Positions 40,273-50,167 of a stretch of 64,000 nt of DNA are shown piece after piece (positions within the stretch are counted from its first letter, which is position 1; each line of letters opens with the position of its first letter). This stretch comes from Alkalispirochaeta sp. (GTDB lineage Bacteria; Spirochaetota; Spirochaetia; DSM-27196; Alkalispirochaetaceae), in assembly GCA_965601925.1 (NCBI GenBank), contig OZ271854.1, positions 2,816,001 through 2,880,000 of the forward strand, given 5' to 3'. The notes under the pieces were generated by a model. The model did not search any database and was not told the DNA's origin. It saw nothing but the letters and a program-made list of their open reading frames with translations. The position numbers were made by a program, and so were the translations under genes.

Positions 40273-41979
40273 ATGGGCGGAACGACCTATGAGCGCTCGC
40301 ACGGGGAAACCGGCGAGACGCCCTTTACGATTCTCATCGCCGACGACGAGGCACCCATACGCGAGGGTATTCGCGATCGTATCGATTGGGATGCGCTCGG
40401 TTTCCGGCTCGTCGCCGATTGCGAGGACGGCCGCCAGGCGCTCGAGACGTTTCGCGTCCGGGAGCCCGATGTGGTGCTCGCCGATATTCGCATGCCCTTC
40501 TTGGACGGTATCGAGCTCACCCGCACGATTCTGGCCGAGCGCCCGCACACGCGTGTGCTCCTGCTCACCGGGCACGACGAGTTTGAGTACGCCCAAGCGG
40601 CGGTCCGTTTGCAGGTCTGGGACTTTTTGCTCAAACCGATCTCCTCAAAGCAGTTGCACGATGTGCTCGCGCGGCTGGCCTCGGAAATGGCCGAGGAGCG
40701 GCGACGCCGGAACGACGTCGCACGATTGCGTCGGCAGTGGGAGGAGAACCTGCCGCTACTGCGCGAGCGCTCCCTCAACGAGCTCCTTTTGGGCGAGGGG
40801 CCGATCGACGATGCACTCGAACGTTTGGACGATCTCGGTATCGCCTTCGATCGGGTGCGAAAACGCGTTGTGCTTATCGCGCCGGACCGCGGCGAGGAGA
40901 TGGATGAGGAGCGCAGCGATGGGCAGGAGGGGCGACGCGTCGACGGCGATCTGCGGATGTTGGCGCTCTCGAACCTCGTACAGGATCTCCTCGCGTCTCC
41001 GACCGACGCCGTACAGTTTCTGACCCACGACGAACGGATCGCCCTTGTGCTCTCCGGCGACGACGGAGACTTGACCGAGCGCCTCGACCGCCTGCGACGG
41101 CGCGCCTCCGACCGATTGGGGATCTCGGTGACGATCGGGGTGGGGCGGGCGTACGGACGCACCGCCGACATCAGGCGTAGCTATCACGACGCCGATCGCG
41201 CCCTGATGCAACGATTTCTCTTCGGCGGTAACCGTGTGCTTTCCGCCGAATCGTACGAGACGATCTCGGACGCGACATGGCGAGACCATAGCGCGTTGCG
41301 ATCGGAGCTCATGCAACGAATTCGTCATGTCGATCGACGCGGTGCCTACGATGCTCTGTCGCGTCTCATCGAGGACGCCCGTACCACGCGACAGCCGATC
41401 GAGCGGTGCATTCTTAATCTACAACGGGACCTTGCGCGGCTGTTGGACGGTATGGAGGAGCTGAATCTCGACCGCGAGATCGCGGCGCTGTCGCACAGCA
41501 ATCCCTTTGAGGAGCTTGCCGCGATGCCCACACTTGATGCGGTGGAGCCGTGGTTTGAGGCGCTGATCGGCCGCATGTTCGACTCATTGGAGGAGCGTAT
41601 CGGCAACCAGGCGGAGCTCAAGGTGCGCTCCGCACAAGCGTATCTCGCCGAGCGCTACAGCGATCCGGGCCTCAGTCTGACCCAGGTCTGTTCGGAGCTC
41701 TCGGTCAGCGTCAGCCACTTCAGCAAGAGCTTCAAATCCATCACCGGACGTACCTTTGTCGAGTATCTCACGGATGTGCGTATCGAGAGGGCCAAGGAAC
41801 TATTGGTAAGCGAGGGGAGTCGAGGTTACGAGATCGCACCGCGCGTCGGATTTCGCGATCCCCACTACTTCAGCACCATTTTCAAGAAGGTGTGCGGCGT
41901 TACGCCGACGCAGTTTCGCTCGCGATATGCGGGTGGTGCGGAGCGTGACGGAGCGTCCGAGGACTCGGACGGGAGCTGA
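40273..41979 (+). CDS. YesN-type response regulator (receiver plus AraC HTH)
   Basis: IADDE, DIRMP and LLKP; C-terminal HFSKSFK..RIERAKELL..GFRDPHYFS. Confidence 0.93.
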   Translation: MGGTTYERSHGETGETPFTILIADDEAPIREGIRDRIDWDALGFRLVADCEDGRQALETFRVREPDVVLADIRMPFLDGIELTRTILAERPHTRVLLLTGHDEFEYAQAAVRLQVWDFLLKPISSKQLHDVLARLASEMAEERRRRNDVARLRRQWEENLPLLRERSLNELLLGEGPIDDALERLDDLGIAFDRVRKRVVLIAPDRGEEMDEERSDGQEGRRVDGDLRMLALSNLVQDLLASPTDAVQFLTHDERIALVLSGDDGDLTERLDRLRRRASDRLGISVTIGVGRAYGRTADIRRSYHDADRALMQRFLFGGNRVLSAESYETISDATWRDHSALRSELMQRIRHVDRRGAYDALSRLIEDARTTRQPIERCILNLQRDLARLLDGMEELNLDREIAALSHSNPFEELAAMPTLDAVEPWFEALIGRMFDSLEERIGNQAELKVRSAQAYLAERYSDPGLSLTQVCSELSVSVSHFSKSFKSITGRTFVEYLTDVRIERAKELLVSEGSRGYEIAPRVGFRDPHYFSTIFKKVCGVTPTQFRSRYAGGAERDGASEDSDGS

Positions 41980-41982
41980 ATC

Positions 41983-43716
41983 GTGTTTCGTCTTCCCCGC
42001 GCCTTGGAGTCCAACAGTATTCAGATCACCATCGCCGTCTCCTACGCCTTGCTGGTGATCTTCACGGTGCTCTTTCTCGGTACGACCGCCCTTGTACTTA
42101 CTCGCGATGCCTTGTGGGATACGACTACCTACTACTCGGAGCAGCTCGTTGAGCAGGTGCGCACCGGGATCGGTAATTACCTGGGCGAGATGGACGGTAT
42201 TGCGACGGTGCTTCTGGAGGAGGATGCTCTACGAGACCTCGTTCTCGACCCGGGTCGCGACGACCTTCGAGACGATGTGCGGCGTATCTTCTCGACCGTG
42301 GCGAGAATGCGGCCCGACGTCAGTTTGCTCGCCCTCGCCGGTCCCTCCTTCCGGGCGCTCTTTCACGACGCCGATCTCGCCGGCAATCCGACCGTCGATC
42401 CGTTGGCGCAAGAGTGGTATCGCGAGGCGGTATCCGCCGGCGGGCGCGCCGTCTACAGCGGTGCGCGCGTCCAGAATCTCATTCGCGATCGATATCGGTG
42501 GGTGGTGAGCCTCGCTCGCGCTCAGGGCGAGGCGGTGTTACTCGTCGATCTCAACTTCCGGGTCATCGAACGGCTCGCCCGGAGCGTCAGGATGGGTCCG
42601 CGCGGCTACCTGTTTATCACCGATGCCGACGGGAGCATTATCTACCATCCGCAGCAACAACTCATCTACAGCGATTTGGTCTCCGAGCCGATCGAGCGGT
42701 TGTTGGAACCCGGCGTGTCGCAGCTGGTATACGACACCGGCGAGGAGCAGCGGTTGTATATCGTCGACTCGGTAGGACGCACCGGATGGCGTGTCGTTGC
42801 GGTGAATCCGGTGGACCAGCTCCTTGCGAGTCAACGACGGCTCAGGAGCTATTATCTCTCGTGGGTCGCCCTCTGTTTTTCGATCGTTATGGTCCTTACC
42901 GTGGCGCTCTCGCGCCGCATCTCCGGACCGATTATGCGCCTGCGCCGGTCGATGCAGGCGGTCGAGCAGGGACGATTCGATATCGATCTGCGTATCGAGC
43001 GACGCGACGAGATCGGCGCGCTGAGTCGCGATTTCGAGATTATGCTCTCGACGGTGCGCGAGCTGATGGCGCGCAACCGCCACGAGCAGGAGGAGAAACG
43101 GCGCAGTGAGATTAAGGCGCTCCAAAACCAGATCACGCCGCACTTTCTCTACAATACCCTCGACTCGATCGTATGGATGGCCGAGAGCGGCCTGGTGGAA
43201 GAGGTCGTCGAGATGACCACGAATCTGGGGCGTCTCCTTCGCCTGGGCATCGGGAGAGGTGACGCAATGGTCTCTCTCGGCACCGAGTTGGAGCACCTGA
43301 AGAGCTATCTCCGAATTCAGGAGATGCGCTACCGCGACCGGCTGCAGTTTCGGATCGAACCGGAGGAGGCGACCCTCACGTGCCGTCTGCCGCGGCTCAG
43401 CCTGCAGCCGGTGGTAGAGAATGCGATCTATCACGGTATCAAGAATCGCCCCGGAGGCGGAACGATTGCGGTGCGCACCGCCGCGCGCGACGGCTTTGTA
43501 GAGATAGCCGTAGAGGACGACGGCCCCGGTATCGATCCCGCGGTCCTCGATCAGTTGCGTCGGCATCGCGTCGAGCCGAGTCACGGCGTGGGTCTCAAAA
43601 ACGTCCAGCAGCGGTTGGCCCTCACCTTCGGCGAGGACTATCGTATCTCGTTCGACAGTGTGAATGGAGAGGGAACGGTCGTGACGATCCGTATTCCGTG
43701 GGAGGACGGGGAATGA
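41983..43716 (+). CDS. YesM-type sensor histidine kinase (Cache, HAMP)
   Basis: QITPHFLYNTL, LQPVVENAIYHG, DDGPG and GVGL. Confidence 0.93.
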   Translation: MFRLPRALESNSIQITIAVSYALLVIFTVLFLGTTALVLTRDALWDTTTYYSEQLVEQVRTGIGNYLGEMDGIATVLLEEDALRDLVLDPGRDDLRDDVRRIFSTVARMRPDVSLLALAGPSFRALFHDADLAGNPTVDPLAQEWYREAVSAGGRAVYSGARVQNLIRDRYRWVVSLARAQGEAVLLVDLNFRVIERLARSVRMGPRGYLFITDADGSIIYHPQQQLIYSDLVSEPIERLLEPGVSQLVYDTGEEQRLYIVDSVGRTGWRVVAVNPVDQLLASQRRLRSYYLSWVALCFSIVMVLTVALSRRISGPIMRLRRSMQAVEQGRFDIDLRIERRDEIGALSRDFEIMLSTVRELMARNRHEQEEKRRSEIKALQNQITPHFLYNTLDSIVWMAESGLVEEVVEMTTNLGRLLRLGIGRGDAMVSLGTELEHLKSYLRIQEMRYRDRLQFRIEPEEATLTCRLPRLSLQPVVENAIYHGIKNRPGGGTIAVRTAARDGFVEIAVEDDGPGIDPAVLDQLRRHRVEPSHGVGLKNVQQRLALTFGEDYRISFDSVNGEGTVVTIRIPWEDGE

Positions 43717-44693
43717 TTCGACGTTTGTGGTTACCCATGGTGCTCCTCACCGCCGCGACCCTCGCGGCGATCGCGATCGCCGGTCTCCGGCGCAGCTACT
43801 CCGAGGACGAACCGCTTCATATCGTCGTCGTACTCAAGGCGATGAGTCCCCAGATGGAGTTTTGGCAGGTCGTACGCGAGGGCATCGAGACGGCCGCTCA
43901 CGAGCATATCGTCACCACCGAGGTCGTCGGCCCGTGGTTGGAGCAGCACGTCGACGATCAGATCGAGATTCTGAACCGCGTGATCGCGGACGAGCCCGAC
44001 GGCATCGTGTTGGCCGCGAGCGATTTCAACCGTCTCGCCCATCCGGTTCATTCCGCGACCGAGGCCGGTATTCCGGTGGTCACCGTCGACTCTCACGTGG
44101 CGGAGGCGCACGTCGTCTCTTTCGTGGGTACCAACAACGTCGAGGCGGGGCGCCGCGCCGGAGAGGAGATGCTCTCCCTGGTCGAACGTGACGCCACGAT
44201 CGCGATTATCAGCCACGTTCCGGGAGTCGCGACGGCGATCGAGCGCGAGGCGGGGGTCAGAGAAGCGCTCGATGCCCGTGGGGCCGGACGGACGGTCGGG
44301 CCGTTTTACGCATACAACGACGAATCGCGAGCGCGTGAGATCGTGGAGCGCCTGATCGATGTCGAGGTCGCCGTTGACGGCATCGTCGCGTTAAACGAGA
44401 CTTCTACCGTGGGCGTCGGCCGCGCCTTGGAGGGGTTGGGACTCCGGGGTGAGGTGATGGTCGTAGGATTCGACGCGTCCGCCGAGGAGGTGAGCCTTCT
44501 CGAACGCGAGGTGATTCATGCGTTGGTGGTACAGAAGCCGTTCAACATGGGCTATCTCTCCTTGGAGACGTTGGCTGCGGCGATACGGGGCGGTGAGGTC
44601 GATGAGCGGATCGACACCGGCAGCGAGGTCGTACGCGCCTCCAATATGTACGACGAGCGGGTTCAGCGCCTCATTTTCCCCCTCGTTCGCTGA
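43713..44693 (+). CDS. Sugar-binding periplasmic protein associated with the two-component system
   Basis: EFWQVVREG, GTNN, VVGFD and QKPFNMGY; ATGA overlap with the kinase. Confidence 0.88.
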   Translation: MIRRLWLPMVLLTAATLAAIAIAGLRRSYSEDEPLHIVVVLKAMSPQMEFWQVVREGIETAAHEHIVTTEVVGPWLEQHVDDQIEILNRVIADEPDGIVLAASDFNRLAHPVHSATEAGIPVVTVDSHVAEAHVVSFVGTNNVEAGRRAGEEMLSLVERDATIAIISHVPGVATAIEREAGVREALDARGAGRTVGPFYAYNDESRAREIVERLIDVEVAVDGIVALNETSTVGVGRALEGLGLRGEVMVVGFDASAEEVSLLEREVIHALVVQKPFNMGYLSLETLAAAIRGGEVDERIDTGSEVVRASNMYDERVQRLIFPLVR

Positions 44694-44740
44694 GCCCGGC
44701 CCTGCGACGACTTCATCTCTCACATCCGGCGCGCGACGGA

Positions 44741-44769
44741 AGATTTTCCACAAACATCGACAGATTTTC
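44741..44769 (+). promoter_or_regulatory. Direct repeat AGATTTTC with 21-bp period, candidate response-regulator site
   Basis: AGATTTTC at 44741 and 44762 upstream of the ABC operon. Confidence 0.6.
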
Positions 44770-44830
44770 GATTTACAGACGCGAAAAAGGCGTCGACCAT
44801 ACATCAACGCCATCCGAGGAGTCGTTCGTA

Positions 44831-46342
44831 GTGCCGCTTTTGCGAATGAAATCAGTCGATAAACGCTTTCCGGGAGTGCACGCCCTTAAAGGTGTGGACT
44901 TCGACCTTGAGGCGGGAGAGATTCACGCTCTTGTAGGTGAAAACGGCGCGGGTAAGTCGACCATGATGAAGATCCTCACCGGAATCCATCAAAAGGATTC
45001 GGGTGAGATTCACTATCTCGATACCCTGTTCAACCCGCGCGATCCGAAACACGCCCTGGAGGTGGGGATCGGTATTATCCATCAAGAGCTCAATATGATG
45101 GATCACCTCACGGTGGCGCAAAACATCTTCATCGGCCGCGAGTCGATGCGCCGCGGAGGTCTCTTCCTCGACGAGCGCTCCCAGAATCGTCGTACCGAGG
45201 AGTTGTTCAAAAAACTCAACGTCAATATCGATCCCGCGGAGACGTTGGGGCGCCTCACCGTCGGAAGGCAGCAGATGGTCGAGATCGCCAAGGCGGTATC
45301 GCACAACCTCCGCGTTCTCATCCTCGACGAGCCGACCGCCGCGCTTACGGACGCGGAAATAGAGGATCTGTTTACAATCATGAAGGATCTGCGCGCTCAC
45401 GGCGTCGGCATGGTCCACATTTCTCATCGCCTCGACGAGATCCACCGCATTACCGACCGTGCCAGCGTCATGCGCGACGGCGAGATGGTCGACACGCGCC
45501 GGACATCGGAGGTCACCAAACAGGACATCATTAACTTGATGGTGGGACGCGTCATATACGAGGAGCCGAAGACGGCGAGCCGTATCGCATCCGACGCCGA
45601 CGTCGTTCTCAAAGTGGCCAATCTCAACGCCGGGCGTGCGGTCAAGGACGTCAGTTTTGAGCTCAGGCGGGGCGAGATACTCGGATTTGCCGGCCTCATG
45701 GGCGCCGGACGTACCGAGACGGCGCGCGCTATCTTCGGCGCCGACGAGGTCCAAAGCGGGCGCATCGAGATAAACGGAAAGCCTGCGCGCATCCGCTCGC
45801 CCCAAGACGCCGTCGCTCACGGTATCGGGTATCTGTCGGAGGACCGCAAGCGATTCGGTCTGGCCCTCAACCTCGATATACGGGACAACGTCGCCATGGC
45901 GACCTATGAGGACTTTGAGAGCGGCCCCTTCGTCGTGTCGAAGCGGGTGGAAGATGTCACCGACGAGTATGTGCGCCGCCTCGCCATCAAAACGCCCTCG
46001 ACCTCTCAGTTGGTTCGCAACCTCTCGGGCGGAAACCAACAGAAGGTCGTGCTCGCCAAATGGCTCATTCGCAATAGCGATATTCTGATCTTTGACGAAC
46101 CGACGCGCGGCATCGATGTCGGTGCAAAAAGCGAGATATACGCCCTGATGAACGAACTCGCCGAGGAGGGCAAGTCGATCATCATGATCTCCTCGGAGCT
46201 GCCTGAGGTCCTGCGCATGAGCGATCGCGTGCTGGTCATGTGCGAGGGGCGAATCACCGGCGAGCTCGATATCGCCGAGGCGAGTCAGGAGCGCATCATG
46301 GAGTGCGCAACCATGCGAAACCACACCCTTATACGGAGTTGA
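44831..46342 (+). CDS. Monosaccharide ABC transporter ATP-binding protein (RbsA/MglA-type)
   Basis: GENGAGKS, two ABC domains, LSGGNQQK and DEPTRGIDVGAK. Confidence 0.95.
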   Translation: MPLLRMKSVDKRFPGVHALKGVDFDLEAGEIHALVGENGAGKSTMMKILTGIHQKDSGEIHYLDTLFNPRDPKHALEVGIGIIHQELNMMDHLTVAQNIFIGRESMRRGGLFLDERSQNRRTEELFKKLNVNIDPAETLGRLTVGRQQMVEIAKAVSHNLRVLILDEPTAALTDAEIEDLFTIMKDLRAHGVGMVHISHRLDEIHRITDRASVMRDGEMVDTRRTSEVTKQDIINLMVGRVIYEEPKTASRIASDADVVLKVANLNAGRAVKDVSFELRRGEILGFAGLMGAGRTETARAIFGADEVQSGRIEINGKPARIRSPQDAVAHGIGYLSEDRKRFGLALNLDIRDNVAMATYEDFESGPFVVSKRVEDVTDEYVRRLAIKTPSTSQLVRNLSGGNQQKVVLAKWLIRNSDILIFDEPTRGIDVGAKSEIYALMNELAEEGKSIIMISSELPEVLRMSDRVLVMCEGRITGELDIAEASQERIMECATMRNHTLIRS

Positions 46343-46347
46343 GAATC

Positions 46348-47637
46348 ATGTCGTCACTCTCTGTTGACAAAAATCGGCTGGCGCAGTTCAAAGAGAAGGG
46401 GCTCAAGTACCTCCTCGCACCGGCGGCGCTGGTGATCCTCTACATTTTCTTCGGAATTTTCGGAAGGAACTTCTTCTCTTACCCGATGCTGGTCAACATC
46501 ATCGACGCCGCCTACTACATCGGGTTCATATCGATCGGCGTCACCTTCGTGATCATCACCGGCGGCATCGACCTCTCGGTCGGTACGGTCATGATGGCGG
46601 GGACGATTATCGGCGGTACCGCGTACAGGAGTTGGGGACTGCCCATGGCGCCCAGTTTGCTCCTGATTATCGTGATCTGTATGGCTTTCGGTGTGTTCAA
46701 CGGGCTCATGGTATCGCGTCTCAAGATGCCGCCGTTCATCGTTACTCTCGGCACGATGATGATCTCGATGGGCGTAGGGTCGATCGTCTCCAACGTGCGT
46801 TCGGCGACCTTTCCGACCCGCGCCGGCGAGGACGGGTGGTACAAGGACCTCTTCAAAGTCATAGGCGAGGAGGGCGCAACCATACCGACCGGGGCGATTC
46901 TCCTCTTGGCCGTGGCGCTGCTATCTCACATCATCCTCAACAAGACCAAGATGGGACGTTACATCTACGCCATCGGTAGTAACAAAGAGGCGGCGCGTCT
47001 CTCCGGGGTGAACGTCGCGCGTTGGGAGATGATGGCCTACGTAGTGGCGGGAACCTACGCCGGAATCGGCGGAATCTCCTATGCGGCGATCTACACTACG
47101 GTGCTGCCGGCCGCCGGTCAGGGATTCGAGTTATATGCAATCGCCGGTGCGGTCATCGGAGGAACTTCCTTAGCCGGCGGAGTCGGGAGCGTCTTCGGAA
47201 CGCTCATAGGCGTATTCATCATGTCGGTCTTGAGCGTGGGGCTCCCGGCGATGGACCTCCAGGCGCACTACCAGACCTTTTTTACCGGGATTGTCGTTAT
47301 CGGAGCGGTGCTGCTCGATATGTACCGCAATCGCAAAGCGTCGGAGGTACGGATTCTCACCCCCGCCGATGAGTACCGCGAACGCACCGCCGATGAGATC
47401 GCCGAGCTTCGCCGCACCCTCGTGTCTCACAAGACCTCCGGAGACGCCGCGCAGGTTTCCGAGGTTACGACACGGATCAAAACCTTAACCGCCGAGATGA
47501 AGGCGACCTACAAGCGGATGAAGGCCGAGGAGAAGGCGAAGCAGACGCACATCCGCGCGGAAGAACGCGAGGCCGAACGCGCGTTTCACGAGATGCTCAA
47601 GGAGCATGCGCACCGTGAGGCCGACCGTACGCAGTGA
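46348..47637 (+). CDS. Monosaccharide ABC permease with a long C-terminal helical tail
   Basis: TGGIDLSVG, PPFIVTLG, GSNKEAARLSG and IGGTSLAGG. Confidence 0.92.
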   Translation: MSSLSVDKNRLAQFKEKGLKYLLAPAALVILYIFFGIFGRNFFSYPMLVNIIDAAYYIGFISIGVTFVIITGGIDLSVGTVMMAGTIIGGTAYRSWGLPMAPSLLLIIVICMAFGVFNGLMVSRLKMPPFIVTLGTMMISMGVGSIVSNVRSATFPTRAGEDGWYKDLFKVIGEEGATIPTGAILLLAVALLSHIILNKTKMGRYIYAIGSNKEAARLSGVNVARWEMMAYVVAGTYAGIGGISYAAIYTTVLPAAGQGFELYAIAGAVIGGTSLAGGVGSVFGTLIGVFIMSVLSVGLPAMDLQAHYQTFFTGIVVIGAVLLDMYRNRKASEVRILTPADEYRERTADEIAELRRTLVSHKTSGDAAQVSEVTTRIKTLTAEMKATYKRMKAEEKAKQTHIRAEEREAERAFHEMLKEHAHREADRTQ

Positions 47638-47686
47638 ATCATACGCGGAAACGTTGTTTCCCGATTAACACTCTAAGGAGGGTAGT

Positions 47687-48793
47687 ATGAAAGGTTCCAA
47701 GAATCTCTTCGTGGCGATTGTTACGATCGCTCTGGTTGTCGCAGCCGGATTCCCGCTTTTCGCCGGAGGACAGGGCGAAGACGAGGTAATGTTCATTCCC
47801 GTCGTGTCCAAGGGATTACAGCACCAGTTCTGGCAGACCGTACGCGCCGGCGCCGAGGATGCGGCGACCGAGTACGGTGTCGATATCACTTTTGAAGGTC
47901 CCGCCTCGGAAGCGGATATCCAGGATCAGGTGCAGATGTTCCAAAACGCCATGGCACGCGGCCCGTCGGCCGTCGCGCTCGCAGCGCTGGATACCAGCTC
48001 GGTGTTGGATCAGCTCGAAGAGGCGGTTCGTCGCGAGATTCCGATCATCGGATTCGACTCCGGAGTACCCGATGCGCCCGCCGGCGCCATCTACGCCAAT
48101 GCGTCGACCGATAACTATGCCGCCGCCGGTCTCGCCGCCGACGAGATGTTCGCCGTCCTCTCGTCCGAGTTCGCCTCCGCGTCCGCCGCAAGCCCCGTCA
48201 CCGTCGTCGTGCTGAGCCAGGACGCGACCAGCGAATCGGTTACGCGTCGTGGATTCGGATTCCGCGATCGGCTGATCGAGCTTATCGTCTCCGAGACGTC
48301 GTTGTCGGCCGGTGATATCCTGGTGCAGGGGAATCCCGCCTACGTCGCCTCCGATAGCCCGCAGAGCTCCAACCCCGCGGTCGTCATCGATATGGTCGTG
48401 CCCGCCTCGCCGCGCACGCAGGACGTGACCGCTGCGGCCAATGCGGTGCTCAATCGAGTCGAGGACGACAATATCCGCGGTATCTTCAACTCCAACGAGG
48501 GCACCGTTGTGGGCGTGCTCGCGGCGACCAACGACGGCGCGGAGTTGGCGACGACCTATGCGGGTCTCGTCGTGATCGGCTTTGACGCCGGCGAGGCGCA
48601 AAAGAATGCCGTACGCGAACAGTACTTCCTCGGTTCCATCACGCAAGATCCGTATCAAATCGGGTATCAGGCCGTCTCTCTTGCGGTTCGTGCCGCAAAC
48701 GGCGAGTCGGTGGCCGACGTTGATACCGGAGCCAGATTCTACACCTACGCCAACATGGACGAAGCGGAGATCGCTCCGCTGTTGTACGACTGA
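47687..48793 (+). CDS. Monosaccharide ABC substrate-binding protein
   Basis: Signal peptide plus AGGQGE; SKGLQHQFW, FDSG, TDN and QDPYQIGY; AAGGAGG RBS. Confidence 0.92.
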   Translation: MKGSKNLFVAIVTIALVVAAGFPLFAGGQGEDEVMFIPVVSKGLQHQFWQTVRAGAEDAATEYGVDITFEGPASEADIQDQVQMFQNAMARGPSAVALAALDTSSVLDQLEEAVRREIPIIGFDSGVPDAPAGAIYANASTDNYAAAGLAADEMFAVLSSEFASASAASPVTVVVLSQDATSESVTRRGFGFRDRLIELIVSETSLSAGDILVQGNPAYVASDSPQSSNPAVVIDMVVPASPRTQDVTAAANAVLNRVEDDNIRGIFNSNEGTVVGVLAATNDGAELATTYAGLVVIGFDAGEAQKNAVREQYFLGSITQDPYQIGYQAVSLAVRAANGESVADVDTGARFYTYANMDEAEIAPLLYD

Positions 48794-48821
48794 TCGATCC
48801 ACGACACCGTAGGATGTTCCC

Positions 48822-48851
48822 GACCCGTCGCAAATAGCGGCGGGTCTTTTT
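48822..48851 (+). terminator. Intrinsic terminator
   Basis: GACCCGTCGC-AAATA-GCGGCGGGTC followed by TTTTT. Confidence 0.85.
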
Positions 48852-48912
48852 GGTTTGACTGCTTGCAAACCTTCGGTATTGCTTTCATAGTTAAGGATAC
48901 AGAGGATATTGC

Positions 48913-49278
48913 ATGTCTAAACGAATTCTTGTAGTTGATGATTCGGCTGCGGTACGCCAGAGTGTCTCCTATGTACTGGATCAATCGGGGTATGAGATCG
49001 TACAAGCGGTCGACGGTACCGACGCGCTCAAGAAGCTGGACGGTTCGTCGTTCCACTTGGTCATTACGGACGTCAATATGCCCAACATGGACGGTATCGA
49101 GTTGACGTCACAGATTCGCGATATTGAAGCCTATCGATTCACTCCCGTCGTCGTGCTCACGACCGAGTCTCAGGCTGATAAGATGAACGCCGGTAAAGAG
49201 GCGGGAGCGACCGGTTGGATCGTGAAGCCGTTTACCTCCGACAAGCTGCTTCAGGTGGTGAAACGGCTCGCCGGATGA
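48913..49278 (+). CDS. cheY: Single-domain response regulator, CheY-like
   Basis: VDDS, TDVNMPNMDG, LTTES and GATGWIVKPF. Confidence 0.85.
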   Translation: MSKRILVVDDSAAVRQSVSYVLDQSGYEIVQAVDGTDALKKLDGSSFHLVITDVNMPNMDGIELTSQIRDIEAYRFTPVVVLTTESQADKMNAGKEAGATGWIVKPFTSDKLLQVVKRLAG

Positions 49279-49853
49279 GCGGCGTTTCCGTCCTGATGCT
49301 CGTACTCCTCGTCCACATCGGAGGGGTGGAGCTGGATTCGGCGCACGAAGCCGCAATCGACCGGTTTGCCGCGGGTACTCCGGTCGGCCGGCTGGAACTC
49401 ACCGAGAGCGGGGACGGTCATTATCAGTTCGCGGGTGGCGAGGAAGTGGTGCGCGTCGAACGGCTTGCGCACCCCGACCTCGGCTATGCGATCGTATACG
49501 GCCCCAGCGCGACCGAGGTGCTCGGTGTGGGCGCGGTGTCGCTTCTCGCCCTCGGCGAAGCGTTGCGCGTGCGGGAAATGCGCGACTCCCTCACCCTACC
49601 GGCCGCCGACGCGTTGGTGGCGTGGCGCCTGTCTCCGATCGTGACCGGCGATGAAGCGACAAACGGAACTCGCGAAGGCCGGGACGACACGCAGATGGGC
49701 GCGACGACTGAGGACGCCGCCGAGGATGACGCACAGCCGGACGCCGTCGTGTCGGACGTCGCGGGGTCGCTTATCGTTACGGCGGCGCGGGGTCAGATGA
49801 GTATCAGCCACCCCGAGTCGGGGCAGGTTATGGTGCTACGCTACTCACGGTAG
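49275..49853 (+). CDS. Hypothetical exported protein
   Basis: ATGA overlap with cheY; hydrophobic N-terminus. Confidence 0.6.
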   Translation: MSGVSVLMLVLLVHIGGVELDSAHEAAIDRFAAGTPVGRLELTESGDGHYQFAGGEEVVRVERLAHPDLGYAIVYGPSATEVLGVGAVSLLALGEALRVREMRDSLTLPAADALVAWRLSPIVTGDEATNGTREGRDDTQMGATTEDAAEDDAQPDAVVSDVAGSLIVTAARGQMSISHPESGQVMVLRYSR

Positions 49854-50167
49854 CGGATACTTCTCAAAAAAAGGTCTCTCCGAGGTATCGAACGTGCGGG
49901 GTACGTCCGACGGTTCGAAGTCCCGTCGTCCGGCGCGTCGCCCGTCTTTTCGTAGGTAAAGTCGATTTTTGCTTCGTGTGTCGCCGGCTCGTCTAAAGAT
50001 GACGCTCCAACATCGTCGTGTACGGCCGTGTCGCAATGACATAGGTACCGATCATCGCGAGAACGAGAAGCACGACGATTGCGATTCGTTTAGTGCGTTG
50101 TTTCATTTCGCTTTTATACGGTAATATTTACGAAAGATAATCGCAACCCTTACGAGGAGGATAAGCA

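Noticed and set aside
44852..46324. 490-aa antisense ORF (likewise 1454-2512, 7060-7971, 29624-30667, 38789-39823, 42538-43584, 47816-48868, 55947-56873)
   Set aside because: Shadow ORFs opposite well-supported genes, expected at high GC; no motifs
49854..50167. ncRNA or riboswitch upstream of the dehydrogenase
   Set aside because: Only an AT-rich promoter region and a weak TTGCGATT/AATCGCAA repeat; no recognisable RNA motif
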